Shown: positions 28,411 to 40,142 of the stretch, piece after piece | Layout of the letters: each line of letters begins with the position of its first letter | Numbering within the stretch: the stretch's first letter is position 1 | DNA from: Octopus vulgaris | Lineage: Eukaryota | Assembly (NCBI GenBank): GCA_951406725.2 | Contig: OX597816.1 | Span: 151,280,001-151,344,000 of the forward strand | DNA: 64,000 nucleotides | Direction: 5' to 3' | Notes under the pieces: generated by a model | Database searches by the model: none | What the model saw: the letters and a program-made list of their open reading frames with translations, nothing else | Told to the model about the DNA's origin: nothing | Program-made: the position numbers and the translations under genes

Positions 28411-28795
28411 TATACAGTGTGTGGAAAAACTCCCTTTTGTACCCCACCATAAAATCTATTTTTTTAAATGTTGGAAAATTGATTTCCTACCATGTTTTAT
28501 AATAATAATAATAATGAGAAAGTCATAAAAATTAAGAACTTAATTTCTGTATTATGTATATTCATTTTGCCTAACATTATGGCCTAAATTGCCTAACTCT
28601 ATGGAATTTACTTAGCCTAGAGACATGAATATACATAATATAGAAATGAAGTTTTTTTAATAGAAATTCTGAATTTTTATGACTTTCTCATCATTATTGT
28701 TGTAAGACATGGTAGAAAATCGATTTTCCACCATGTGTAATATTAGAAAAAATTTTATGGTAGGGGTACAAAAGGAAGTCTCTCCCAGTGTATAA
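28411..28795. mobile_element. MITE with ~130-bp imperfect terminal inverted repeats
   Basis: cttttgtaccccaccataaaat..catgttttataataat..gagaaagtcataaaaatt is mirrored by aatttttatgactttctc..catggtag..attttatggtaggggtacaaaagg; TA flanks. Confidence 0.7.
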
Positions 28796-30469
28796 TGTTT
28801 CTTGGAGCTTCTCTGAGTGATGTATTTCATACAGGAGCAACATTTGGTAAGTCATCTGTCTGAAATAGTACTTGACATTAACCAGTAAATTTACCAGTAA
28901 CTTATTTGGATTCTAGTCACTCTCTTATATTATTGTGAAAAGTCGCTTTGTTATTGTTTTAGGCTGGGACTGACAGAATAATTCTGAGGTGCTCTGAGTT
29001 ACTTTGGAATTTTTTTTGTATTTGTTTTCCTTCCTCATTTTAGAAGTAAAACTTTTTATCATGCCCACTACCGTTTTATGTAATTCAAATTAAATTTTTA
29101 CTTCCCAGTTTTAGTTCTACTTTACATTTTCTCATTTCAGTCAGACGTCCTAGTTTCCATCATTAATGTAACATTAGCCAACACCAGTAGTTGTAGTAGT
29201 AGTGGTGGTAGTAGTAGTAGTAGTTGTTGCAACAGCAGTAGTAAAGATGATAATGTTCTATATTATGCAGATAACTGTTAGTTTTAAGGTGAAAGAGGAA
29301 GTAAGTTGTAAACAGTAAAATGAAACAGTTCAATGTGAAATTAAAAAAGAAAAAATTGTTGCAGAAACAATTTGCATGGCACCAGCCACAGGAATAGCAA
29401 TTATTTCCACTGTAGCACAAAGCCTCAGATTTGTGGAGAAAATGAACTGAGATTTTGTGATATTCCATTCATGTTTTTTCCCACTGACATCAGAGACACA
29501 GCTGAAGAGAGGGGGTTACGTCTGGAAAGTTCATAGATCAAATAAATATGACTTAGCACATTACCAGTATTTATAGGGAAAGATTATAGTCATTTCAGCT
29601 GAATACATTATATTACTGGTACTTCAGTAATTGAGACTGAAAAGGTAATATTTACTCTGGTGGAATTTCAAGTTTGGAAGATAGTGAGGACAGACAATAA
29701 ACTGAAGCAATATTAACAAATTCATTTTTGCTTAGGCAGGAGCATAATTTTATATTGGAGGAATTATATTTGGCTAAATTGAAAATTAATGTATTACAAG
29801 TTTTTATATTATTGTTATGGAAAGATGAAAGGCAAAGTTTATGGACAGCTTTGTTGCTTTATTATGTTATTTTCACTGTTGTAGTAGTAATAATTGTTGT
29901 AATTTCTTACACTGCTGTGGAACCTTAGACATGTAAAATTAAGTATCTGGCCTACAGTAGAATATAAAATCATGACTCGGAACTTAGGATCAATTTCCTT
30001 ATCCACTTGTTTGTTTACCTCTCAGTAGTAACAATGATTTCTTATTGCGTGCATCTGTAATCAATAATGTCACCGGATATTTGTGGCTCACATAGAATTC
30101 CAATGGGTGATCTGTTTCATTGAAGTGAACTAGTGATTGGTCTAAAATTATCCACTGTATTCCTCTTGTAATCTTTTATCCATGAGACAGTCCATCCAAT
30201 CCTAGTAATTTGCCCTTCATACTGCTGTCCAGTATCTTCCATATTTCATCTCTTCACCTCACTTCACTTCTACTGAAAATTGTAGTAAACTGTCATGGTA
30301 AGCTCTAAAGACCTCTGATTCCAGTTCACTTAACACTATTAAAGATAAACAGCACAGCAAGGAGCTACTGAAAAATCTCACATGCTTGGAATTGAACACC
30401 ACATATTCCCTGAAAATGTTAACCAAAGTAAAAGTTGCCAGATATTAAGTGTTTAAAGTGATCGATATA

Positions 30470-30645
30470 GTGGCTGTGTAGTAAGTAGCTTGCTTACGAA
30501 CCACATAGTTCCGGGTTCAGTCCCACTGCATGGCACCTTGGGCAAGTGTCTTCTACTAGGGCCGACCAAAGCCTTTTGAGTAGATTTGGTAGACGGAAAC
30601 TGAAAGAAGCCCATCGTATATATGTGTGTGTATATATATATATAT
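30470..30645 (+). mobile_element. 5' half of a SINE; the 3' half is at 33290-33498
   Basis: tRNA-like head with B-box GGTTCAGTCCC, ending in (TA)n where the RTE begins. Confidence 0.75.
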
Positions 30646-32817
30646 ATACCTGGCTTTTGTTGATATGGAGAAAGCCTTCGACAGGGTCCCCCGATCCCTC
30701 ATCTGGTGGTCAATGAGGAAACTAGGGATAGATGAATGGTTAGTGAAAGCTGTACAAGCCATGTACAGAGACGCTGCTAGTAAGGTGAGGGTTGGCACCG
30801 AGTACAGTGAAGAATTCAGGGTAGAGGTTGGGGTCCACCAAGGCTCAGTCCTCAGTCCCCTCCTATTTATCATAGTCCTCCAGGCAATAACGGAGGAATT
30901 CAAGACAGGATGCCCCTGGGAGCTCCTCTATGCTGATGACCTTGCTCTAATTGCTGAGTCTCTATCAGAACTAGAGGAGAAGTTTCAGGTATGGAAACAA
31001 GGTTTAGAATCGAAGGGCCTTAGAATCAACCTAGCCAAAACCAAAGTCCTAATAAGTAGGAAGGTAGACCAATCACAAACGCCTTCAGGTAGATGGCCCT
31101 GCTCGATCTGTAGAAAAGGTGTAGGTAGAAACTCTATAAGATGCACCAAGTGTAAGCTATGGACACATAAGAGGTGCAGCAATGTCAAAGGAAGGCTAAC
31201 TAGGAAGATGGTTTTTGTATGTGGCAGATGCTCAGGAACAATTAACACTGAAGATGCTCTGAGACCAACTTCCGTCACTTTCCAGGGAGAAAAGCTAGAA
31301 GTAGTTGATAGTTTCCGTTACCTAGGTGACCAAGTCAGTAGCGGGGGCGGGTGCGCTGAGAGTATAACTGCTAGAGTAAGAATAGCCTGGGCAAAGTTTA
31401 GAGAGCTCTTACCTCTGCTGGTGACAAAAGGCCTCTCGCTCAAAGTAAAAGGCAGACTGTATGATGCATGTGTACGTACAGCCATGCTACATGGTAGTGA
31501 AACTTGGGCTGTGACTGCTGAGGATTTGCGTAAGCTCGCAAGAAATGAAGCTAGTATGCTCCGATGGATGTGTAACGTCAGTGTTCATAATCGACAGAGT
31601 GTAAGTACCTTGAGAGAAAAGTTGAACCTAAGAAGTATCAGTTGTTGTGTGCAAGAGAGACGTATGCGCTAGTATGGTCATGTGATGAGAATGGCTGAAG
31701 ATAGTTGTGTGCGAAAGTGCCACACCCTGGCAGTTGAGGGGACCTGTGGAAGAGGTAGACCCAGGAAAACCTGGGTCGAGGCGGTGAAGCACGACCTTCG
31801 AACTTTAGGTCTCACCAAGGAAATGACCAGTGACCGAGACCTTTGGAGGTATGCTGTGCGTGAGAAAACCCGGCAAGACCAGTGAGAACAGTCAAAATCA
31901 AGATCAAACCAAATTGAGGTCGATCAACATCAGGGCCCCCGTGCAGGCGACACGTAAAAGTACCATCCGTTCGTAGCCGTTCGCCAGCCCTGTCTGGCCC
32001 CCGTGTAGGTGGCACGTAAAAGCACCATCCGTTCGTGTTCGTTGCCAGCCTGGCCTGGCCCCCGTGCCGGTGACACGTAAAAGTACCATCCGTTTGTGGC
32101 CGTTTGCCAGCTCTGTCTGGCCCCCGTGCCGGTGGCACGTAAAAGCACCATCCGTTCGTGGCCGTTTGCCAGCTCTGTCTGGCCCCCGTGCCGGTGGCAC
32201 GTAAAAGCACCATCCGTTCGTGGCCGTTTGCCAGCCCTGTCTGGCCCCCATGTCGGTGACATGTAAAAGCACCATCCGTTCGTGTCCGTTGCCAGCCTCG
32301 CCTGGCCCCCGTGCCGGTGACACGTAAAAGCACCATCCGTTCGTGGCCGTTTGCCAGCCCTGTCTGGCCCCCATGTTGGTGGCATGTAAAAGCACCATCC
32401 GTTCATGCCCGTTGCCAGCCTCGCCTGGCCCCCGTGCCGGTGACACGTAAAAGCACCATCCATTTCGTGGCCGTTTGCCAGCTCTGTCTGGCCCTGTGTT
32501 GGTGGCACGTAAAAGCACCATCCGTTCGTGTCCGTTGCCAGCCTCGCCTGGCCCCGTGCCGGTGACACGTAAAAGCACCATCCGTTCGTGGCCATTTGCC
32601 AGCTCTGTCTGGCACCTGTGCAGGTGGCAGGTAAAAAGCACCCACTACACTCACGGAGTAGTTGGCGTTAGGAAGGGCATCCAGCCGTAGAAACACTGCC
32701 AGATCTGACTGGGCCTGATGAAGCCTTCCAGCTTCACAGACCCCAGTTGAACCGTCCAACCCATGCTAGCATGGAGAACGGACGCTAAATGATGATGATG
32801 ATGATGATGATGATGAT
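30646..32817 (+). mobile_element. 5'-truncated, young RTE-clade LINE (RT with PHD-like finger), 3'UTR tandem array and (GAT)n tail
   Basis: AFVDMEKAFDRV, GVHQGSVLSPLLF, LLYADDL, FRYLG, R*YGHV (a single TAG at 31670 where TGG is expected) and GRGRPRKTW. Stop at 31885; (GAT)n ends at 32817. Confidence 0.95.
31930..32645 (+). repeat. GC-rich minisatellite of about 12 x 60-62 bp within the RTE 3'UTR
   Basis: Unit ..GTGCCGGTG(G/A)CACGTAAAAGCACCATCCGTTCGTG(G/T)CCGTT(T)GCCAGC..TGGCCCCC. Confidence 0.93.
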
Positions 32818-33151
32818 ATACAAATTAGTAAATAAATGGCACAACTAAGTACCGATATTTACTGGAAATAGCGAACGTAAAAATACGACGCTAATGTGTA
32901 GCTTCACCGCGTATGTATTAGCAAAAATGCGTGTGTGCAACAAAATAGAGAAAAAAAACCGTCTTTATATATATATATATATAAAGTAAGATAGGGGTTA
33001 TGGGTGTAACCCACTATGGGATATCATTTATCCAATATACTGTTGGTAAAGTACCCAAATTCTTAATACATAAATGTTTTTAATTGCAATGCAATTAAGT
33101 CATTTATTGCATTAAATGCGTGAAGGTAAAGAAATATTTTTACCGTAAATT

Positions 33152-33263
33152 TATAATACAAATAAGAAAATGGAGAAACAAATTTGGTTTGTTCATCAAC
33201 TTAACATTATAATATCTGTAAGTTGAACAAACCAAATTTGTTTCTCCATTTTCTTATTTGTAT

Positions 33264-33267
<4 letters not shown>
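33152..33267. repeat. Hairpin with perfect 44-bp arms
   Basis: TATAATACAAATAAGAAAATGGAGAAACAAATTTGGTTTGTTCA and its exact reverse complement around a 28-nt spacer. Confidence 0.9.
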
Positions 33268-33304
<37 letters not shown>

Positions 33305-35093
33305 ATGTTTGTCCCTCCAACATCACTTGACAACCGATGCTGGTGTGTTTACGTCCCTGTAACTTAGCAGTTCAGCAAAAGAGACCGATAGAATAAGTAC
33401 TAGGCTTACAAAGAATAAGTCCTGGGGTCGATTTGCTTGACTAAAGGCGGTGCTCCAGCATGGCCACAGTCAAATGACTGAAACAAGTAAAAGAGAGTAT
33501 TAAATGACAATCATATAAATCTCTGTATTATAATAATGAAAATGGCTTTTTAATATTCATCTATTGAGAAATTTAAGAGGTTGCTTTGACGCAATTTGAA
33601 GAGAAATTTGTGAGCCACAAAAATGTTACATTACACCTCTTGTCATTTGAGATATCTGAAACACTGTATCTCCATTTCATTTGATCTGCTATTTATGAAT
33701 TCTATTGTAATGAAAGTTAAGTCTAGTAGTATTTGAATCTATAACTTCAGATTTTGGGCTCCTTTGCCAACATACAGTTGCAAGATAAATCAAGGGAAAT
33801 AATCATTACAATACTAAGTTAAACATTAGAGGGAATTCCAATAGTAGGTGTGGGAATTAAAAATTTGTTGCAGCACAATTCTTTAGTCATTGAAAATATA
33901 TAGAAAAGCAGAAATCAAGGTTAACAATTATGAAATAAGAACAAGAATTTTAGAATCCATGTTTTACTTTGAAAAGATGAACAAGAAATAAAAAGGGAAA
34001 AAGTAGAGAGAGAAAGCATTTACTTTTAGTCTTATCTCCCTTCTCTCCATGAATAATTAGTCTATACTTAAATCTTTAGAGTACATTGAGTCAGTAATTA
34101 ACTTTAGATTTAGCAGCATTAAACAGATGAGAGAAATCTCCCAGTGAATTCCATGGTAAATAATGGTCCCAGAAGTTCTGACGACTATTTTCAACTGCTA
34201 GTTGAAGTAAAGATGTAGAATGATATACTCTAATTAGATACATAATAGAACGTTTGAAGTGAACTGAGCTCATAATCCTACACCATACCTTGGGTGTTTC
34301 AGCACTATTTCCTTATAACTGTCTCTAAAAAAAGTAAGTAAATAATATATTACTTATATGACTCATTCAACTGAAACCAAAAAGGCAGTTCAGTAAAGGA
34401 TCCATCTTATGGCATCATCATCATTTAACATCCACTTTCCATGCTGGCATGGGTTGGACAGTTTGACAGGAGCTGGCTAGGCTGAAGACTGCACCATGCT
34501 TTGCTGTCTTTTAGCATGGTTTTTATAGTTGGATGCCCTTCTTAACACCAACCACTCTGCAGAGTGGACTGAGTGCTTTTTACATGGCACCAGCACAGGC
34601 GAGATCAGTTTTGGCATGGTTTTTTTTACAGTTAGATGCCCTTCCAAATGCCAACCACTTTATAGTGAGGACTAGATGCTTTTTACATGGCACCAGCACT
34701 GACAGGGCCACCAAATAACTTGCAAGATAAAGATCCTTTGAGAAGAGATGTAGCTTTGGAAGTGACCCTTGTGCCTGATGATGAGAGGTTAGAGTGACAG
34801 TGAGACAGAAACAGGTGTCTTGCTGTAGAGGAGATACATGGTTACCCAGTCAGTAGATGAAACTTGACATTTAAAAAGGATATTTTAAATTTGCTGTTAA
34901 TAGCAGATTCTGCCAAATCCTACTTAAAACTTAAATATGATAGTCATACAAATGACATCTATCATCTGAAACACCTTAACCATTTCCTTACCAAACTTTT
35001 GTTTGTAGTTATATTATTATCCCTCTTTGCACCAATTTTGGTGGTAAAAGAAGCCTATTTACTTATTAGAGTTCCTTCTATTCTATTTTACAG

Positions 35094-35836
35094 GAAAATC
35101 TGCTACTCTATATGAAACGGCAAACCCCGATTGGGCTCCAACTCTTCGACTTGGTCGTGATCGTGCAAAGGATTTCCAAGCTGGTTCAGTCCGAGGTAAG
35201 ACAAAACGCAAAAGAAAATTGGATTCCAGCTCTGATGATACACTGTTTGCTCTGTCTGTTTGCAATTCTGAATTGCAACAAAGATGTCAATCCCTCACAA
35301 ATGTTGGATCTGAATCTTACCGAAAAGCAGTTCACAAATTTCTTGAAACAAAAGAAGTTATGGATTTATTAATGCTACCAGATGAAGTTTTTTCAAGTCA
35401 ACCTCCTTGTGAGCCAATTCGGGGAGAAATTTACCTCATGAAAATAGATCCTTCACAGGAATCCAGTGACTGGACTAAAGATGGCTACTCTTGGTTAAGT
35501 TTAGGATCGAATGATTTAATCTTGAATCAGAGCCCTGCTCTGCGTCAAAGTACTTTTCGAATGTTAGTTAATGAGATTGAAACTTGTCTGCTAAAACATG
35601 TTTATCGTTCTTTTAATAATAACCAAAAAGTTGTCATTCATTATGTTACTGATGAAAGACTTAGTAACAGTAAGTCTTATCCACATTCTATGGACATCAC
35701 TGGAACTTCATCAGTACCACAAACCCATTTAGGAATTACTCAGTATTACCACCAGCTAGTGGAAGATTGTAATGTTGACAGTCAGAAATCATCTGAGGCT
35801 CTCTGGGAGATGGCCCCCACCAACAAGGAGAAATCT
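35094..35836 (+). CDS. THAP gene exon 2: end of THAP domain, basic NLS-like patch, CG-1-like domain
   Basis: Acceptor ttctattttacag|GA is phase 1 and gives ...[25 protein letters not shown] (AVPTIF-box equivalent). The frame continues into the 35219 ORF: KTKRKRK, PPCEPIRGEIYL, DWTKDGYSW, KHVY...VVIHYVTDE. Donor TCT|GTAAGT at 35837 is phase 0; unspliced read-through stops at 35845. Confidence 0.82.
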
Positions 35837-37046
35837 GTAAGTTAATGATACTTTTTCTTTCTTTTTTTTTTACCGATATTAGATCATATTACCTTATATT
35901 CTGGATTTTTATGTTAAGCTCTACATTCAGCCTGCTATACCAAGGTTTATTGAAGATCATTATTTTATTACTCTAATATCTACTTTTTTTCCATACTGGT
36001 ATGCATTCAATAAGTCTCTAGTATTCCTCATCACCATTTTTGTCTTTATCCTGCATCATTTTATCTGTGAAGTTCATTAACTTTCTCATACCTGGCCTCA
36101 CTACTTCTTTCTGTTTTCTTCGATCTGCTCATCACACATCTTCCACTATCTGTTGCTTTTTCATTGAACAGGAATTTTCTACCTATATTACCTGTTTATA
36201 TCAGTACATCTGCTTCTCCTGCATACATTAGCTAACACCTTTAAATCTTAGCCAACAACAACAGTAATATCAATTATCATCATTGCTACAGACATGAGCA
36301 ACACTTATTAATATGACGTCAGTCCTTATCTTCATGAGAAACAGTAATAATTGAGCCACTAGAATATTAATCTTTCTATCAAATGGTCAACTTTTCACAC
36401 TTAACTCTCAACCAGTAGAAAGTTCAATACCTCAGTCTAGCACCTATTTCTATTCATAATTCTTGTAAAAAGCACCATTTGAGCATGATCGTTACTTGCA
36501 TCGCCTTACTGGCACTTGTGATGCTGTTGCCAGTGCCGCTGGACTGGCTCCTATGCAGGTGGCACATAAAAAGCACCATTTGAGCGTGGTCGTTGCCAGT
36601 ACTGCCTGACTGGCACATTAAAGCACCCACTACACTCTTGGAGTGGTTGGCATTAGGAAGGGCATCCAGCTGTAGAAATTCTGCCAGATCAGATTGGAGC
36701 CTGGTGCAGCCATCTGGTTCGCCAGACCTCGGTCAAATCGTCCAACCCATGCTAGCATGGAAGTGGACGTTAAATGATGATGATGATGCAATCTAATTAA
36801 TAAATCATCATTACTATCATTATCACATATTTACCTTAATAATGATTGCAAAATCTTCTCTGCAAAAATTCCTGTTATCTGGAGTAGATGCCACATCTCA
36901 GTACACCTAACATATACATGGATAATATACATAACAAAGATGGGTCAGTCATAAATAAACAATGATGTAAATATCTCAGAGGAACTCATAAAACATTATG
37001 CATTAAGTGAATGATGGAAAATCTCCGTCTTGATACACTACTAAAC

Positions 37047-38636
37047 CATCATCATCATCATTTAACGTCAGTTTTCATGCTGGGTTGGACGGTTTGACTG
37101 AGATCTGAAGAGCCAGCAGCTGCACCAGGCACTAATCTGATCTGGCAAAGCTTCTACAGCTGGATGCCCTTCCTAACGCCAACCACTCTGAGAGTGTAGT
37201 GGGTGCTTTTTACGTGCTACCAGCACAGGAACCAGTCAAGTGGGCAACAATCACATTCGGATAGTGCTTTTTATGTGCCACCGGCACTGGGGCCAGTCAG
37301 TGGGTACTGGCATCGGCAACATTCGGATGGTGCTTTTTACATGCCACCAGCATGGGAGCCAGACAGGGGGCACTGGCCACAGCTATGATATTGGTTTCAC
37401 TTGACCCAACAGGTCTTCTCAAGCATATCATATTGCATGACGCATCAGGGGTACTCTTAACTGAGCCGGACATGTATGGCTGCAATCTCACTTTAGTTGT
37501 CGGGTCTACACAATCACTGTATGTCTCCAAAAGTCTTGGTTTCCTGTCATTGCCTCTGTGAGGCCCAATGTTCAAAGGTCATGCTTTACCACCTCATCCC
37601 ATGTCTTCCTGGGTCTACCTCTTCCAAGGGTTCCTTCCACAGTTAGGGAGTGGCACTTCCTCATGCAGCTGTCCTCATCCATATGTAACACATGACCATA
37701 CCAGCACAGTCATCTCCCTGCATACCACATTTGATGCTTCTTATGCCCAACTTTTCTCTGAGGGTGCTTACACTTTGTTGTGTATGCACATTGACATTAC
37801 ACATCCTGTGGATCATACTAACTTAATTTCTTTCAAGCCTACACATGTCCTCAGCAGTCACGGCCCATGTTTCACTGCCGTGTATCATGGTAGTTTGCAC
37901 ACATGCATCATACAGTCTACCATTCATCCTGAGCGAGAGGCCCTTAGTTGCCAGCAGAGGTAGGAGCTCCCTGAACTTTCCCCAGGCTATTCTTATTCTA
38001 GCCACTAAACTCTCAGAGCAACCACCCCCACTACAGACTTGGTTGCCTAGGTAGTGGTAGCTATTAACTACTTCTAGTTTTTCCCACTGGCTGTGATGGA
38101 ATCTGTTTTCTGTACATCTTCAGTGTTTACTGCTCCTGTGCATCTGCCACACACAAAAACTATTTTCCCGGTTAACTTTCCTTTGATATTGCTGCACCTT
38201 TTATGTGTCCATAGCTTACACTGGATACATTGTATGGAGTTTCTACCCACACCTTTTCTAGAGATCGAGCAGGGCCATATACCTGAAGGGGATTGTGGTT
38301 TGACAACCTTCCTACTTACTAATACTTTGGATTTTGCTAGGTTGATCCTAAGGCCCTTCAATTCTAGACCTTGCTTCCACACCCTAAACTTCATCTCTAG
38401 TTTTGGCAGTTTCTCAGCTATTAGGGCAAGGTCATCAGCATAGAGAAGCTCCCAGGGGCAGTCTGTCTTGAATTCCTGTTATTGCCTGGAGGGCTATAAT
38501 GAATAAGAGGGGACTGAAAACTGATCTTTGGTGAACCCCTACTTCTATTCAGAAGTCTTCACTGTACTCATTGCCAACCCTCACCTCACTGACAGCATCC
38601 CAGTACAGGGCTTGTAGAGCTCTTACCAACCACTCT
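37047..38636 (-). mobile_element. Degenerate RTE LINE, same family as 30646-32817, opposite orientation
   Basis: Minus-strand ORFs FRVWKQGLELKGLRINLAK..CKLWTHKRCS and ARIRIAWGKFRELLPLL..HGSETWAV; 3'UTR repeats; (CAT)n at 37047. Confidence 0.92.
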
Positions 38637-40142
38637 ATAACCATGAAAGATAATATCCTCACAGCATTGTAGGCTAATAAACATAAAAAAGAAGAAAAGA
38701 AAGCAGCTGTACACTGAATCTCTTTTTATCACTTAATTGGTGAACTGTACTTCTATTCAGTATGTGACTGCAGCTGAATGAATTGAACTTTTGATAGTTT
38801 ATTGTCTTTGTCAGAGATACAACTCACTCCAGGTATATATATATAAACTATCAACTTTTCTGAGCTAAGAGCTGTAAACTATTGAGTCTTTCAATTATAT
38901 TTTATAGAAATGTAACACATATATCCATGAGATTTTTATACTTCTAAAATATACTCGTTAGTCCTTTTTTCTTCTGCTTTTGTCAAAATATAAATATTCA
39001 GAGCTGTATGGAAATTATTGTTAACTCTACCTTTAATTTTTCCTCAGTCTGTATTGTGATGTTCATATCTTTCCATATATATGTTGATCTCTTCTTATTT
39101 GAATTTTTTTTCTGGATTATAGCTTTTCTTTAAGATTAACTGGTGCTCAAAAGGTATCCTGCTTTCCTATTGTAGATTTGGCCTGAAAGTAGGATGAACC
39201 ACTCTTTAGTGTTCTTTTTCGTAATCTCATTTCTCCCTTGAATACATTTAAAACTGGAATTTTTTATACTATTCTAGAATATAGCCTATCAACCAGCAAT
39301 TTGAACAAAATTAGTCTAAGAGATTAAAATAAATAGGATCAACATAGTATTTTAAATTTACATAGAAAAGGTCGTCCTAGAGTAAATAGAACTAATATCT
39401 TGTGAATTGGAAAGAAACAGACAATAATAGTAATTAGACAAGAGTTCAGAGAACAAGAAACCATGCTCTTCTTCCCAGTACTGATGGGACAAATAAACAT
39501 GAAGATTTCAGTTTGAGATTATATATAAAACATAAAAGAATATGCAAAATGGTAGACCTGTTTTTATGTTTCAAATCTCTATATTGAAAATGATTGAGTT
39601 GTCTTACCAAAGTTCAGTATCAAGGATGGGGAGTCTATTGTTGGGGTGCCTATTGGATTAATCTATAGTTACCTTGATACTTTAGTGGATGGAGTTAGCT
39701 ACTTGCTGGATGCTCTCATTTACATTCCTCTCAGTTTCTACATTACCATTACTAGAGTTGGTCTTAACTATGATATTAATGTCATTTACATACCTACTGT
39801 AGAGTAGAAGAGTTGTGGACTGTTCTGCTAAGGATTGCTAAAGTTTTCAGTCCCACAAGGTCATGAAGAGGCTGGCCACATCTTCAGCTACACCAACATC
39901 AATGGCTGCACCTTGAACCTGTATATATAGTTTCTTGTTAAACTTTACTATGTGGTTCTTCAAGGTGGTTCTTACACTGGCCCCTATACATGCACACAAA
40001 CAAAAAGAACGCAGCTTCAATAATGGACAGAGTTAACAACTATTGAAAAGGTTGCAAGACACATCAAAAATTTTAGAATAAGTGGGTGCTTTTTACATGC
40101 CACCGGCACAGGTGCCAGGGGAGGCTGGCAACGGCCACAATC

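Noticed and set aside
29140-29282. Acceptor followed by a Ser-rich frame inside the THAP intron
   Set aside because: The openness is explained by a (GTA)n microsatellite and it has no domain features.
30626-30645. Start of the 348-aa RT ORF (MCIYIYI)
   Set aside because: Translated microsatellite; the LINE is 5'-truncated and has no endonuclease domain.
31930-32645. CRISPR-like regular array
   Set aside because: Whole units repeat with no unique spacers, there are no cas genes, and it lies in a eukaryotic LINE 3'UTR.
31812-32759. Long minus-strand ORFs (118-245 aa)
   Set aside because: Artefacts of a GC-rich minisatellite lacking stop codons.
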